NCBI GenBank assembly: GCA_964650885.1
Contig: CAZYXG010000002.1
Span: 7,696 to 71,695 of the forward strand
Source of the DNA: an uncultured Hyphomicrobiales bacterium
GTDB lineage: Bacteria; Bacteroidota; Ignavibacteria; Kapaibacteriales; UBA2268
DNA: 64,000 nucleotides
Direction of reading: 5' to 3'
Shown here: positions 40,868 through 50,191 of the stretch, in pieces
Layout of the letters: the number at the start of each line of letters is the position of its first letter
Numbering within the stretch: position 1 is the stretch's first letter
Program-made: the position numbers and the translations under genes
The notes under the pieces: generated by a model
The model's input: only the letters and a program-made list of their open reading frames with translations
Databases searched by the model: none
Told to the model about the DNA's origin: nothing

Positions 40868-40872
40868 TCTCA

Positions 40873-41661
40873 ATGAGTAAAATTCAAAAAGCTATAAAAC
40901 AAATTTTAGGTTTTGAAGCAAACCTTGATTACTTAGAAATCAATAAATCCAATTATGGGAAGTTTTTTCCTGTAATTGGATTTTTAAATTCTGAGCAACA
41001 AAAAGAGTTAGAAATTAAACTTAATACTAAAATTAACAACATTTCTATTTTTGAACAAGCATTAGTTCATCGTTCATACCTCCCAATTTATAAAAAACAA
41101 GAACTTGTTTCCAATGAAAGATTAGAATTTCTTGGCGATTCCATTTTCAATATGGTAGTGGCGGAATATCTTTTTTTTAAACACGAAAGTGAAAAAGAAG
41201 GTGACTTATCTAAAATTCGCAGTTGGATTGTAAGCCGTAAATCACTTGCACTTATAGCAAAAGAGCTAAAAATTTACGAATTTATGCAAATGAGTTTTTC
41301 TGCAAAAAAACTTATTTTAAAAGGTGCAGATTCAGCACTTGCCGATACAATAGAAGCACTTATAGCTGCAATTTATTTGGATTCGGGCATCAACAATGCT
41401 AAAATGTTTATTCTTAAAGTAATGCTACCAATTCTTGAGAAACAATCTGTTTTAATTGACGATAATTTCAAATCCAAACTTCTTGAAAAATATCAAGCTG
41501 CTGGCAAAGCCAACCCAAAATATAAAATAATAGAAACCAAAGGTGCCGACCACGATAGAACTTTTATTGTTGGAGTATTCGAAGAGGAATTCCTACTTGC
41601 TAAAGGAAAAGGTCGCTCCAAAAAACTCGCTGAGCAAGAAGCAGCAAAGAATGCTTTGTGA
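40873..41661 (+). CDS. rnc: ribonuclease III
   Basis: ERLEFLGDSIFNMVVAEYLF RNase III signature plus a C-terminal dsRBD (KSKLLEKYQ...GKGRSKKLAEQEAAKNAL). It carries an N-terminal ~35-aa extension. Confidence 0.9.
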   Translation: MSKIQKAIKQILGFEANLDYLEINKSNYGKFFPVIGFLNSEQQKELEIKLNTKINNISIFEQALVHRSYLPIYKKQELVSNERLEFLGDSIFNMVVAEYLFFKHESEKEGDLSKIRSWIVSRKSLALIAKELKIYEFMQMSFSAKKLILKGADSALADTIEALIAAIYLDSGINNAKMFILKVMLPILEKQSVLIDDNFKSKLLEKYQAAGKANPKYKIIETKGADHDRTFIVGVFEEEFLLAKGKGRSKKLAEQEAAKNAL

Positions 41662-41722
41662 GATTTTCAATTTCAATTTCTGATATAAATTTAAAATCAG
41701 ATATATTTCTCTGAAACATCTC

Positions 41723-41755
41723 AAAAAAAGCCCTGCATTTTAGATAAAGCAGGGC
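41723..41755 (-). terminator. rho-independent terminator, best formed for the minus-strand M2 peptidase gene; also located 3' of rnc
   Basis: GCCCTGC-ATTTTAGATAAA-GCAGGGC hairpin. An A7 run lies on the + strand upstream, which is a T7 run on the minus strand. Confidence 0.6.
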
Positions 41756-41782
41756 ATAAATTAGTTGATTCTGAAATACATT

Positions 41783-43651
41783 TTATTTCATTTGATCAGG
41801 CAATGTGTAAGTTCTGCCTTGGTTTACTTTTTTCAAATAAACCATTAATGGTGAGAAATAGTTTACCAATGGTTTTGCTGAAAAATCACTACCAATGTTC
41901 TTTTTCAAGTGGTCTCTCCAATCAACACTTGCTCCAGGATACATCAAGTTTTTGATGAACTTACCAACTTCTTTATTTCCCCAATAGTTAGTAGCGTGTG
42001 GGTCTTGCTTCAAGATTTTAGTAGCAATATGCTCGTGGATTTGGAATAACAGAACTGTACTCATTGAGTAATCATAGTATTGAGCTGCATCGTCATTAAT
42101 GTGAGTTTTTGATGCTGCATCGCAAAATTGTTCGCCACGTTCACTTGGTGGCACTATACCTTGATATTTCTTAACAAGCTCCCACCATTTGGCATTGTAT
42201 TGATTTTTAGGAATTTTATTTGAATAAAGTTCCCATTCAAAATCAGTCATAACTCCAGATCCCCAAGGGATTAGAACTATGTAGTTAAGTGCTTCTTTCA
42301 AAAGCATTTGAGTTTCGTCTGTTTGCACATTTGCAGGAATCAGTCCCAAACCAGCTAAAAATGGTTTTTGCATAGAAGCAAGTCCCATCATTGTGCCCAT
42401 TGCTTCATGGTAAGCTCTGTTAGCTCCGCCACGCAATATTAAAGGCACATCTGGGTTTGAATATGAAATGTAGTAATAAATGTGTCCAAGTTCGTGCAAT
42501 GTAGTTTCCCACCATTCAGTATTCGGTACGATACTCATCAGCGAGCGAACATCGTTGTCGTTATTCAAGTGCCAAGCAGATGCGTGGTTATTCTTTTTGT
42601 AGCCAGCTCCAGCAGGCACTGGATATAAGCTAGATTTTTCGTAGAATGTTTTTGGCAAAGCAGGGAAGCCTAAGCTTTTATAGAATTCCTCACCTTGGGT
42701 TACTATCCATTCTGCACCTTTTTCTTTCAAAACTGGGTCAATGTCAATTCCTTTTACATCAACCATAGCAGACCAATCTTGTCCCCAACGGTTTGGTAGC
42801 CAATGAGCTGGCAAATATTCTGGGACAGGCTGATTATACTTAGCTGCCAATTCATAGCGAGCCCAAGTGTGCAACTCACGATAAAGAGGCCAAACATCAC
42901 GAATCATATCTTGAGTGATTTTGCGTAGTTCTTCAGTTGTCAAGCCGTATTCCGCCACTTGGTAATTGAAGAAATCTTTATAGCCAAGCCCTTGCACTGA
43001 ACCATTGCGAAGGTTTTGCAGGTTTTCTAAGCCATCTTTCAGCACAGTGCCTACTTCTTTGCTGGCTTCCCAAGCTTTTTGGCGTTCCACTAAGTTAGTA
43101 TTCTTATTTAGTATTTCATCAAGTTGGTTAGTAGAAACAGGTTTGCCGTTTAATTTGAATTCATAGCCAAATAGCTTTTTAGTTTGTTGAGTCTCAGCTT
43201 CAATTTTTTTCTGAACTATATCGAAACTAATTTCTGGGCTACCACCAGCCATAAATAAAATTGCTTCAAGCTGTTTCACTTGAATTGGGGTCAAGTCATT
43301 TTTAAATTCCAAAAAGCGTTTTGCCGATCCAATGTTCAATTTGCTACCAGCAAACTTTGCAAATGCTTTTTTGGCTTCGTCAGCAATTTTCGGAGTAATT
43401 GTGTCGCCTTCCACAATTTTAGTATTCAATGTCCATTCGGCTTCTTGAGCGGCAATCAAATATTTCTGAAAATCTTTGTTATAGACAGTCAAATATTGCT
43501 GCACAGAATCTTGCATGTATTTGCCAGAAAGTGCCTTGCCTTCTTTCATATTGCAAGCTGAAAATGATAGCGAAAAAGCTAAAATTACAATTGCACTAAG
43601 TTTTCCAAATTTAATCATATTAAACTTATTTTCGTTAGTTAATAAAAACAT
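41783..43651 (-). CDS. peptidase family M2 (angiotensin-converting-enzyme-like peptidyl-dipeptidase) lipoprotein
   Basis: HEXXH zinc motif within TLHELGHIYYY, plus a downstream Glu in HEAMGTM (ACE pattern HHEMGH...EA.GD). Lipobox-like FSLSFSAC. ~610 aa, matching the bacterial ACE homologue size. A probable start lies at 43618. Confidence 0.7.
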   Translation of the reverse strand: MFLLTNENKFNMIKFGKLSAIVILAFSLSFSACNMKEGKALSGKYMQDSVQQYLTVYNKDFQKYLIAAQEAEWTLNTKIVEGDTITPKIADEAKKAFAKFAGSKLNIGSAKRFLEFKNDLTPIQVKQLEAILFMAGGSPEISFDIVQKKIEAETQQTKKLFGYEFKLNGKPVSTNQLDEILNKNTNLVERQKAWEASKEVGTVLKDGLENLQNLRNGSVQGLGYKDFFNYQVAEYGLTTEELRKITQDMIRDVWPLYRELHTWARYELAAKYNQPVPEYLPAHWLPNRWGQDWSAMVDVKGIDIDPVLKEKGAEWIVTQGEEFYKSLGFPALPKTFYEKSSLYPVPAGAGYKKNNHASAWHLNNDNDVRSLMSIVPNTEWWETTLHELGHIYYYISYSNPDVPLILRGGANRAYHEAMGTMMGLASMQKPFLAGLGLIPANVQTDETQMLLKEALNYIVLIPWGSGVMTDFEWELYSNKIPKNQYNAKWWELVKKYQGIVPPSERGEQFCDAASKTHINDDAAQYYDYSMSTVLLFQIHEHIATKILKQDPHATNYWGNKEVGKFIKNLMYPGASVDWRDHLKKNIGSDFSAKPLVNYFSPLMVYLKKVNQGRTYTLPDQMK

Positions 43652-43713
43652 TTAAGCAATTTAAGAATTGCTTTTTAATTTAGGAAGAAAGTTTTTGAGC
43701 ATTTGGATTTAAT

Positions 43714-45942
43714 TTGTCTGAAATTAGAAATATTGATGAGATAACATATTTGAAAGGAGTGGGCCCGAAGCGAGCAGAAATCTTGCTTTCAGAGGGTATT
43801 AGCTCCATTCAGGATTTGATTTACTATTTTCCACGCACCTACATAAATAGGAAAAGTTCTTCATCTATTAAAGATTTGCACAACCAACTCAAAAATCAAA
43901 TTTTTGAGATTGAAATGAATGCTGAAAAATTAATTCCTGAAAAATTACTTCGCAGCGAGGTTTCTATAATTGGCGATGTGAAAGAGAAAGTCCTTAGAAA
44001 ATTTGGAAAGAACAAAACTATATTGTCTATTACAGTTAGCGATAGGAGTAACGCAAAGGCATTTCTTACTTTTTTCAATAGGGCTGAATATTTTTCTAAA
44101 GCATATAACGAGGGCGATAAGCTACTGATTAGTGGCAAACCAGAGATTGATAATTTCGGACTGAAATTCGTACACCCTGAAATTGAAATATTTGATGAAG
44201 AAGAAATTCAATCTTTCGAGGATAATAAGATTTTACCTCAGTATAGAGTTTCAGAGCTAATGAATAAAGTTGGCCTAAATTCGAGATTGATTCGAAATAT
44301 TGTTAAGCCCTTATTAGAAAAATATTTAAAATTTGCCGAAGAAACCTTAAATCAAGAAACAATTGATAAATTTGGCTTTTTGAGCATAAAAGAGACTATT
44401 CAAAATTTGCATTTCCCCACAAATGATGAATTGCTCGAAAAAGCTAAGAATAGATTGAAGTTTGAAGAATTATTCTATTATCAGTTGAATTTATTGATTA
44501 CCAAAAAGAGCTTGACTAAAATTGAAAAAGGTGTAATGTTTGGAAAGAAAAGCCATTCTGCTCGGCTTGTCTATGAGAATTTACCTTTTGAACTAACCAA
44601 AGACCAAAAGAAAGTATTGAACGAAATTGCTGCCGACACTAAATCTGGCAAAAGTATGAATAGACTGCTACAAGGCGATGTTGGTTCTGGGAAAACAATT
44701 GTTTCCATTTTTGCGGCATTGATGGCTCTTGATAATGGCTATCAAGTAGTAATGATGGCACCAACGGAAATTTTGGCAGAGCAGCACTTTAAGAATTTCC
44801 AAAACTTCATTGCAAATACAAATTATCAATTGGAAATGCTAACTGGCAGTTTAACCAAAAAGCAAAAGAATGCTGTAGTGGAACGCATAATGACTGCTGA
44901 ACCTATGGTTATTATTGGCACACATGCCCTTTTCCAAGAGCAAATTACTTATGGCAAACTTGGTTTGATATTAATAGATGAGCAGCATAGATTTGGAGTT
45001 TTGCAAAGAGCTGAGCTTAAAAAGCTTGCAAAAGATACTTTGCCCAATGATGAAAACCCGCATATACTTGTGATGACAGCTACTCCAATACCACGCACGC
45101 TAACAATGAGCGTATTTGGAGATTTGGATTTATCCATTATCAAAACTATGCCTTCGAACAGAATTGCAATCAAAACAAAGGTTTGGTACGAAAGCAAAAT
45201 TGATGTGGTTTATCAATTAATTAGAGATGAAATTACTCTCGGCAGGCAAGCATTCATTGTTTATCCGCTTGTGGAAGTATCGGAAAAACTTGAGCTCAAA
45301 TCTGCCGTTGAAAACTACGAAATGATTTCTAAGCAAATCTTTCCAGAATTGAAATGTGGATTATTGCACGGGCAAATGAGTTCGCAAGAAAAAGAAGAAG
45401 TGATGGATAGCTTCAAAAGAGGTGAATTTCAAATATTAATTTCCACTACTGTGATAGAAGTTGGAATTGACATAGCAAATGCAAGTATAATGGTAATTCA
45501 AAATGCTGAGCGATTTGGTTTGTCGCAGCTACACCAATTGAGAGGTAGAGTTGGGCGTGGAAGCGAACAGTCATATTGCATTTTGATGACTAAAGATCAT
45601 TTTGAATATCAAATTAAAGACAAAAGTAAGAAAGACTTCGAAAAGAAAGCAGCAATAATTCGATTGAAAACTATGGAAGAAACAAACGATGGCTTTGTTA
45701 TTTCCGAAGTTGATTTGAAATTGCGTGGACCTGGCGATGTACTTGGCACAAAGCAATCTGGAGTGCCAGACTTTAAATACGCTTCATTGATAGACGATGT
45801 GGAACTAATGGAACAAGCAAGTAAATATGCTAAAGAACTTATAAACCTAGACCCTGAGCTTGAGAAAAATGAAAATGAGTTGATTAGTAAAACTTATCAA
45901 AAACTTTATAAGCGATTCAGCCATCTTGGAAATATTGCATAA
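43714..45942 (+). CDS. recG: ATP-dependent DNA helicase RecG
   Basis: An N-terminal wedge/OB region precedes the SF2 helicase motifs GDVGSGKT, DEQHRFGV, MTATPIPRT, QLHQLRGRVGRG. 742 aa. Confidence 0.9.
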   Translation: MSEIRNIDEITYLKGVGPKRAEILLSEGISSIQDLIYYFPRTYINRKSSSSIKDLHNQLKNQIFEIEMNAEKLIPEKLLRSEVSIIGDVKEKVLRKFGKNKTILSITVSDRSNAKAFLTFFNRAEYFSKAYNEGDKLLISGKPEIDNFGLKFVHPEIEIFDEEEIQSFEDNKILPQYRVSELMNKVGLNSRLIRNIVKPLLEKYLKFAEETLNQETIDKFGFLSIKETIQNLHFPTNDELLEKAKNRLKFEELFYYQLNLLITKKSLTKIEKGVMFGKKSHSARLVYENLPFELTKDQKKVLNEIAADTKSGKSMNRLLQGDVGSGKTIVSIFAALMALDNGYQVVMMAPTEILAEQHFKNFQNFIANTNYQLEMLTGSLTKKQKNAVVERIMTAEPMVIIGTHALFQEQITYGKLGLILIDEQHRFGVLQRAELKKLAKDTLPNDENPHILVMTATPIPRTLTMSVFGDLDLSIIKTMPSNRIAIKTKVWYESKIDVVYQLIRDEITLGRQAFIVYPLVEVSEKLELKSAVENYEMISKQIFPELKCGLLHGQMSSQEKEEVMDSFKRGEFQILISTTVIEVGIDIANASIMVIQNAERFGLSQLHQLRGRVGRGSEQSYCILMTKDHFEYQIKDKSKKDFEKKAAIIRLKTMEETNDGFVISEVDLKLRGPGDVLGTKQSGVPDFKYASLIDDVELMEQASKYAKELINLDPELEKNENELISKTYQKLYKRFSHLGNIA

Positions 45943-45980
45943 AAAAAGGGGTTTCTAATTTATAGAAACCCCTTTCGATT
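45942..45980. terminator. bidirectional rho-independent terminator between convergent recG and the lipoprotein gene
   Basis: AGGGGTTTCT-AATTTAT-AGAAACCCCT is a perfect 10-bp stem. It is flanked by A7 upstream and a T-rich tract downstream. Confidence 0.7.
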
Positions 45981-45998
45981 TATTCAAGATTTTGAAGA

Positions 45999-47177
45999 TT
46001 AGTTCAAATCTACTTGGTAAGATTTTTGTGATTGAGACAAAATGTAACGTTTGTTTACAGCATCAATTTTATATCTAAATCTAACGATAGTCATAATTGC
46101 TTTACTGCTTCCTTTTTTAACCTGACCCATTTGAATACTAGTGAATTTAACTAATTCAGCGTCATCGTTAACAACTAGTGATTGTAATCTGAAAGTAGTA
46201 TCGTTGACTCCAGCCATCACCACAAACACGCTATCATCGGTAGCTGGAGTTTTTTCCCAAATTATACCTTGAGTTGCTGATGTTTGAATAATAGGTGGTT
46301 GAGGGAAGAATGATATCGGTGAAACAGACAAGATGCTATCTATAAAAGTTCCATTTTTATTTGTAAATTGAAATTTGTGATAAAAAATATCATCGAATGT
46401 TGCATTTGCTATTGGTTTTGAAATCTTTTGTATTGTTCCAGCAATACTTGCCATTGCTGAATTATAGTAATTGAAATTTATAGTCGGAACGTCTAAGCTT
46501 TGTCCATTTTCTTTTAAAATTACTGAAAATGAGCCATTTGAATTAAACACACCATTTGAGTTGTCTATGTTGTAAACAACGCAATCCATTGTAGTGTCTT
46601 TAAGTTTATCATCATATCTAAATCTATCTTTAACATAATTAACACAAATACTCCCAGTAAGTGAGTAGTCATTTTTCAAATAGTTAGGTAAGAATTTCAC
46701 AGCATTACCTACTTGAGTTGATACAACTTCATTGTAATTAGGAATTCTAGTCGCTTTAATAACTAATTTTTTAATTGAATCAACTTGGATTATACCAGAT
46801 TTTTTTTCTGCTTCAGTAAGAGCAGGAAATATATGGAAATATAAAGTGTCGTAGTTATCACCAAAATCAATTTGGGATCTATTGATGGTTACTTCGATAT
46901 CTTTCTCAGTATTGCCACCTTGTATGTTAAACTCAATCCATCTATTTGTAGCATTTTTCTCAATTTTCCATCCATAAGATTCAGTTGGTTTTACGAATTT
47001 TATTTTAATAATCTTCAAAGTCTCTGTCTGACCAAAGTCCAATAAAGACTGATCCAAAGTGAAATCTTTACCATCGCTTGTGATTGGTGTAGCCTCATTG
47101 CTACAAGAAGGTATTACTAATGCTAAAACCACAAATAGCATTAATAAATAGCTCATATTTTTTAACTTACTTTTCAT
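45999..47177 (-). CDS. uncharacterised lipoprotein
   Basis: Signal peptide and lipobox LVIPSCSN. 392 aa, beta-rich and Asn/Ser-rich. No family recognised. Confidence 0.5.
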   Translation of the reverse strand: MKSKLKNMSYLLMLFVVLALVIPSCSNEATPITSDGKDFTLDQSLLDFGQTETLKIIKIKFVKPTESYGWKIEKNATNRWIEFNIQGGNTEKDIEVTINRSQIDFGDNYDTLYFHIFPALTEAEKKSGIIQVDSIKKLVIKATRIPNYNEVVSTQVGNAVKFLPNYLKNDYSLTGSICVNYVKDRFRYDDKLKDTTMDCVVYNIDNSNGVFNSNGSFSVILKENGQSLDVPTINFNYYNSAMASIAGTIQKISKPIANATFDDIFYHKFQFTNKNGTFIDSILSVSPISFFPQPPIIQTSATQGIIWEKTPATDDSVFVVMAGVNDTTFRLQSLVVNDDAELVKFTSIQMGQVKKGSSKAIMTIVRFRYKIDAVNKRYILSQSQKSYQVDLN

Positions 47178-47376
47178 AAATAACCTTTTTATTTGAAAAT
47201 GATTTGCAATTTAACAATTTAACTGCAAAAAACAATATTCACTGATGAGCATCAAAGATTAACATAAAATTAATTTTGGAACAATTTGAATATTGTAGTA
47301 GATTTGAACTCAATTAACTTACAAAAGACAAATTTGTTACTTCCCAGTTGAAAAATATTCAAATTTCTTTAGATTA

Positions 47377-47410
47377 GTTCTTCCTACAAGAAGAACAATT
47401 TTTGTTTTTA
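47377..47410 (+). promoter_or_regulatory. intrinsic-terminator-like hairpin in the mgtE 5' leader (candidate attenuator or riboswitch expression platform)
   Basis: GTTCTTC-CTACAA-GAAGAAC is a 7-bp stem followed by AATTTTTGTTTTTA. It ends 45 nt upstream of the mgtE ATG on the same strand. Confidence 0.35.
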
Positions 47411-47455
47411 ATCAATCGCAAATAACTGATTTCCAACTATTTAGGACTCTGCGTT

Positions 47456-48838
47456 ATGTATGGTAAATTAATGAGACCTGAACTAGTGGAACTTATTGGC
47501 AATAAGAACTTCGCTACTATAAAAGAGCTTTTTGTCGAAATGCACCCTTCGGAAATTGCCGATCTAATTTCTGATATTGATGATGATACATTAAAATTAA
47601 TTCTATTTAGACTATTAACGCAAGATATAGCTTCCGATACATTCACTTATTTTGAATCTGAAGAGCAACACGACTTACTTAAAATGATGGGTCGTGAAGA
47701 ATCTGGTGTAATTCTGAATGAGATGTTTGCCGATGATAGAACGAAACTTTTAGAAGATTTACCTGCAAATGTTGTGCGAGAGTTGATAGCTCAGCTTAGC
47801 CCAGCGGAAAGACTTATTGCTGTAAATTTGCTCAACTATCCTGACGATTCTGTTGGCAGATTGATGACGAGCGAGTATATTGCTATAATAGAAGATATGA
47901 CTGTGATAGAATGTTTGCACTATATTCGTGAGCATGGAAGAGATTCTGAAACAATGAACATGCTCTATGTTGTCGATACCAATGGGGTTTTAATTGACGA
48001 TATTAGAATTAGAGATTTACTGCTTTCTCCATTGAATAGAACTATTCACGATATTCGAGATGACCAATTTATAGCATTGGAAGCAAATCAGCCACAAGAG
48101 GAAGCACTAAAAAGATTTAAACAATACGATAGATTTGCATTGCCTGTAGTTGATTCACAAGGCAAACTTGTGGGTATCGTTACTTCCGATGACGTGTTAG
48201 ATGTTTCCGAAGAAGAGGCTACCGAAGATATTCATAAGTTAGGCGGTATGGAGGCATTGGAAGATTCATATTTGAATACTCCAATACTTGAAATGATAAA
48301 AAAGCGTGGCGGTTGGTTAGTTATTTTATTTTTATCGGAAATGCTTACAGCAACTGCTATGGCACATTTCGATACTCAGTTGCAAAAAGCAGTAGTTTTG
48401 TCATTCTTCATCCCTTTGATTATGTCCAGTGGCGGGAATTCTGGCTCTCAAGCTGCTTCACTTATGGTGAGAGCTTTAGCTGTTGGCGATGTAGAGTTGC
48501 AAGACTGGTGGCAAGTATTCAAACGAGAAATTATTTCTGGCTTGGTGCTTGGCTTAATGCTTGGTGGATTGGGAATGCTTAGAATAGTACTTTGGTCTAT
48601 TGCAAGTCCAATCTATGGAGAACATTACGTACTGCTTGGTCTCACTGTTGGAATATCATTAGTAGGCATAGTGCTTTGGGGAACTATCAATGGTTCGATG
48701 CTACCATTTTTAATGCAGAAATTAGGATTTGACCCAGCTTCATCGTCAGCTCCATTTGTTGCCACTATGGTGGACGTAACAGGTATTGTGATTTATTTCA
48801 CAGTAGCCACATTGATTCTAACTGGAACAATACTTTAG
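47456..48838 (+). CDS. mgtE: magnesium transporter MgtE
   Basis: MgtE N-domain, tandem CBS domains, and a C-terminal TM domain with the GGNSGSQAASL motif. 460 aa. Confidence 0.9.
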   Translation: MYGKLMRPELVELIGNKNFATIKELFVEMHPSEIADLISDIDDDTLKLILFRLLTQDIASDTFTYFESEEQHDLLKMMGREESGVILNEMFADDRTKLLEDLPANVVRELIAQLSPAERLIAVNLLNYPDDSVGRLMTSEYIAIIEDMTVIECLHYIREHGRDSETMNMLYVVDTNGVLIDDIRIRDLLLSPLNRTIHDIRDDQFIALEANQPQEEALKRFKQYDRFALPVVDSQGKLVGIVTSDDVLDVSEEEATEDIHKLGGMEALEDSYLNTPILEMIKKRGGWLVILFLSEMLTATAMAHFDTQLQKAVVLSFFIPLIMSSGGNSGSQAASLMVRALAVGDVELQDWWQVFKREIISGLVLGLMLGGLGMLRIVLWSIASPIYGEHYVLLGLTVGISLVGIVLWGTINGSMLPFLMQKLGFDPASSSAPFVATMVDVTGIVIYFTVATLILTGTIL

Positions 48839-48957
48839 TAAGAATCTTTAATGCAAAACTTCTCACAATCATAACTTATAAATCATCACACATAAATCAA
48901 CTATTTTTTCTTAATTTTAGTCTTTAAAATTAACGAAAAATCTAAATAAGGTAAAGA

Positions 48958-49578
48958 ATGTACATTCCTCATTATTTTAAGAATAATAACTTATCTGATA
49001 ATATTGAATTTATCAAAAAATTTCCACTTGGTATTTTAATTACAGCAAAAGATGGTTTACAAATTGCAAACCATTTGCCATTTGTAACATCCATGCAAGG
49101 CAAGGACTTAATCCTTGACACACATTTATCCAAAACGAATGACCAATGGCAAGACTTAAGTGGGCAGTACTGCTTGATAATCTTTTCTGAGCCAAATTCA
49201 ATGATTGATGCCACGCTCTATGAAAACAGTAAAGAACACGTTCCTACTTGGAATTATGTTGCTATTCATTGCTATGGGGTGTGCAGAATTATTAAAGAAG
49301 AAATTGAGATTGAAAATAAATTGAAAGAAATGGTAAATAATTTCAATCCAGCTTTTGCCAAAGAATGGCAAAATATGTCTGACGGCTATAAGCAGATTAT
49401 GAAGGAAGGTATTGTAACAATTGAAGTTAAGGTAAATGAAATTCAAGCAAAATGGAAATTAAGCCAAAATAAACAATATGCCGAAGTTGAAAATGTTATT
49501 AGTAAGTATGTAAATAGCAAAGAGCTAAACAAAATGGAAATAGGGATTATGATGGAGAAACATATTCCCAAAAAGTAA
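48958..49578 (+). CDS. PaiB-family FMN-binding negative transcriptional regulator
   Basis: N-terminal MYIPHYFKNNN...FPLGILIT parallels the PaiB family start (MYIPKHF...HPFATL). ~200 aa. Confidence 0.65.
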   Translation: MYIPHYFKNNNLSDNIEFIKKFPLGILITAKDGLQIANHLPFVTSMQGKDLILDTHLSKTNDQWQDLSGQYCLIIFSEPNSMIDATLYENSKEHVPTWNYVAIHCYGVCRIIKEEIEIENKLKEMVNNFNPAFAKEWQNMSDGYKQIMKEGIVTIEVKVNEIQAKWKLSQNKQYAEVENVISKYVNSKELNKMEIGIMMEKHIPKK

Positions 49579-49593
49579 TTGAATTTATATAAA

Positions 49594-50190
49594 TTAATCC
49601 TTGTTGAATAAATAAGAATAATCCTTCATTTTGTCGTAAAGTAATTTTCTAGCTCTGAAAAGGTGTGCTTTCACAGTGCCAAGTGGCATATCCATCTGAA
49701 TAGCAATTTCCTGATAATCAAGCTCTTCGGTATGGCGTAAGTGAATGATTCTTTTATAGTTTTCAGGCAGCTCATCAATAGCTTTTTTCAGAATTTCGGT
49801 ACGTTCGTTGCGCATCATTCTGTCGTCTGGAGTAGAGTCTTCGTCTCGAATTTCAAAAGTATATTCGTCATCGCCAGAGCCAAGCGGCTGATCTATAGAA
49901 ACCATTTGGAATCGCTTTTTACGCAGAAAATCAATACAATTGTTTGATGCAATACGGTAAATCCAAGAAGAAAAAGAATATCCGAATTGGTATTTATCAA
50001 GTGCATTGAAAGTTTTAATGAAGGTTTCTTGCACAAGATCTTGCACATCGTCTTCATCTTTCACCATTTTACGAATCAAAGTAGTAATGATACCACGATA
50101 ACGCTTTTGTAATATGCCATATTGCTCGTGTTTACCAGCGAGAATATTTTTAATTATTTCAAAATCTTCTATGTTATTGTTTTGTTTCAA
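49594..50190 (-). CDS. ECF-subfamily RNA polymerase sigma factor (sigma-24-like)
   Basis: Region 2 block DDVQDLVQETFIKTF; region 4 HTH block ELDYQEIAIQMDMPLGTVKAHLFRARKLL. 198 aa. Confidence 0.85.
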   Translation of the reverse strand: MKQNNNIEDFEIIKNILAGKHEQYGILQKRYRGIITTLIRKMVKDEDDVQDLVQETFIKTFNALDKYQFGYSFSSWIYRIASNNCIDFLRKKRFQMVSIDQPLGSGDDEYTFEIRDEDSTPDDRMMRNERTEILKKAIDELPENYKRIIHLRHTEELDYQEIAIQMDMPLGTVKAHLFRARKLLYDKMKDYSYLFNKD

Positions 50191-50191
50191 G

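Noticed and set aside
41723-41755. This hairpin as a strong terminator for rnc (+ strand)
   Set aside because: The U-tract follows the stem only on the minus strand; on the plus strand the stem is followed by ATAAATTAG. It is assigned primarily to the M2 peptidase gene.
47178-47455. M-box (ykoK) riboswitch aptamer upstream of mgtE
   Set aside because: I could not recognise the conserved M-box helices or sequence by eye. Only the terminator-like hairpin is reported. It needs a covariance-model scan.
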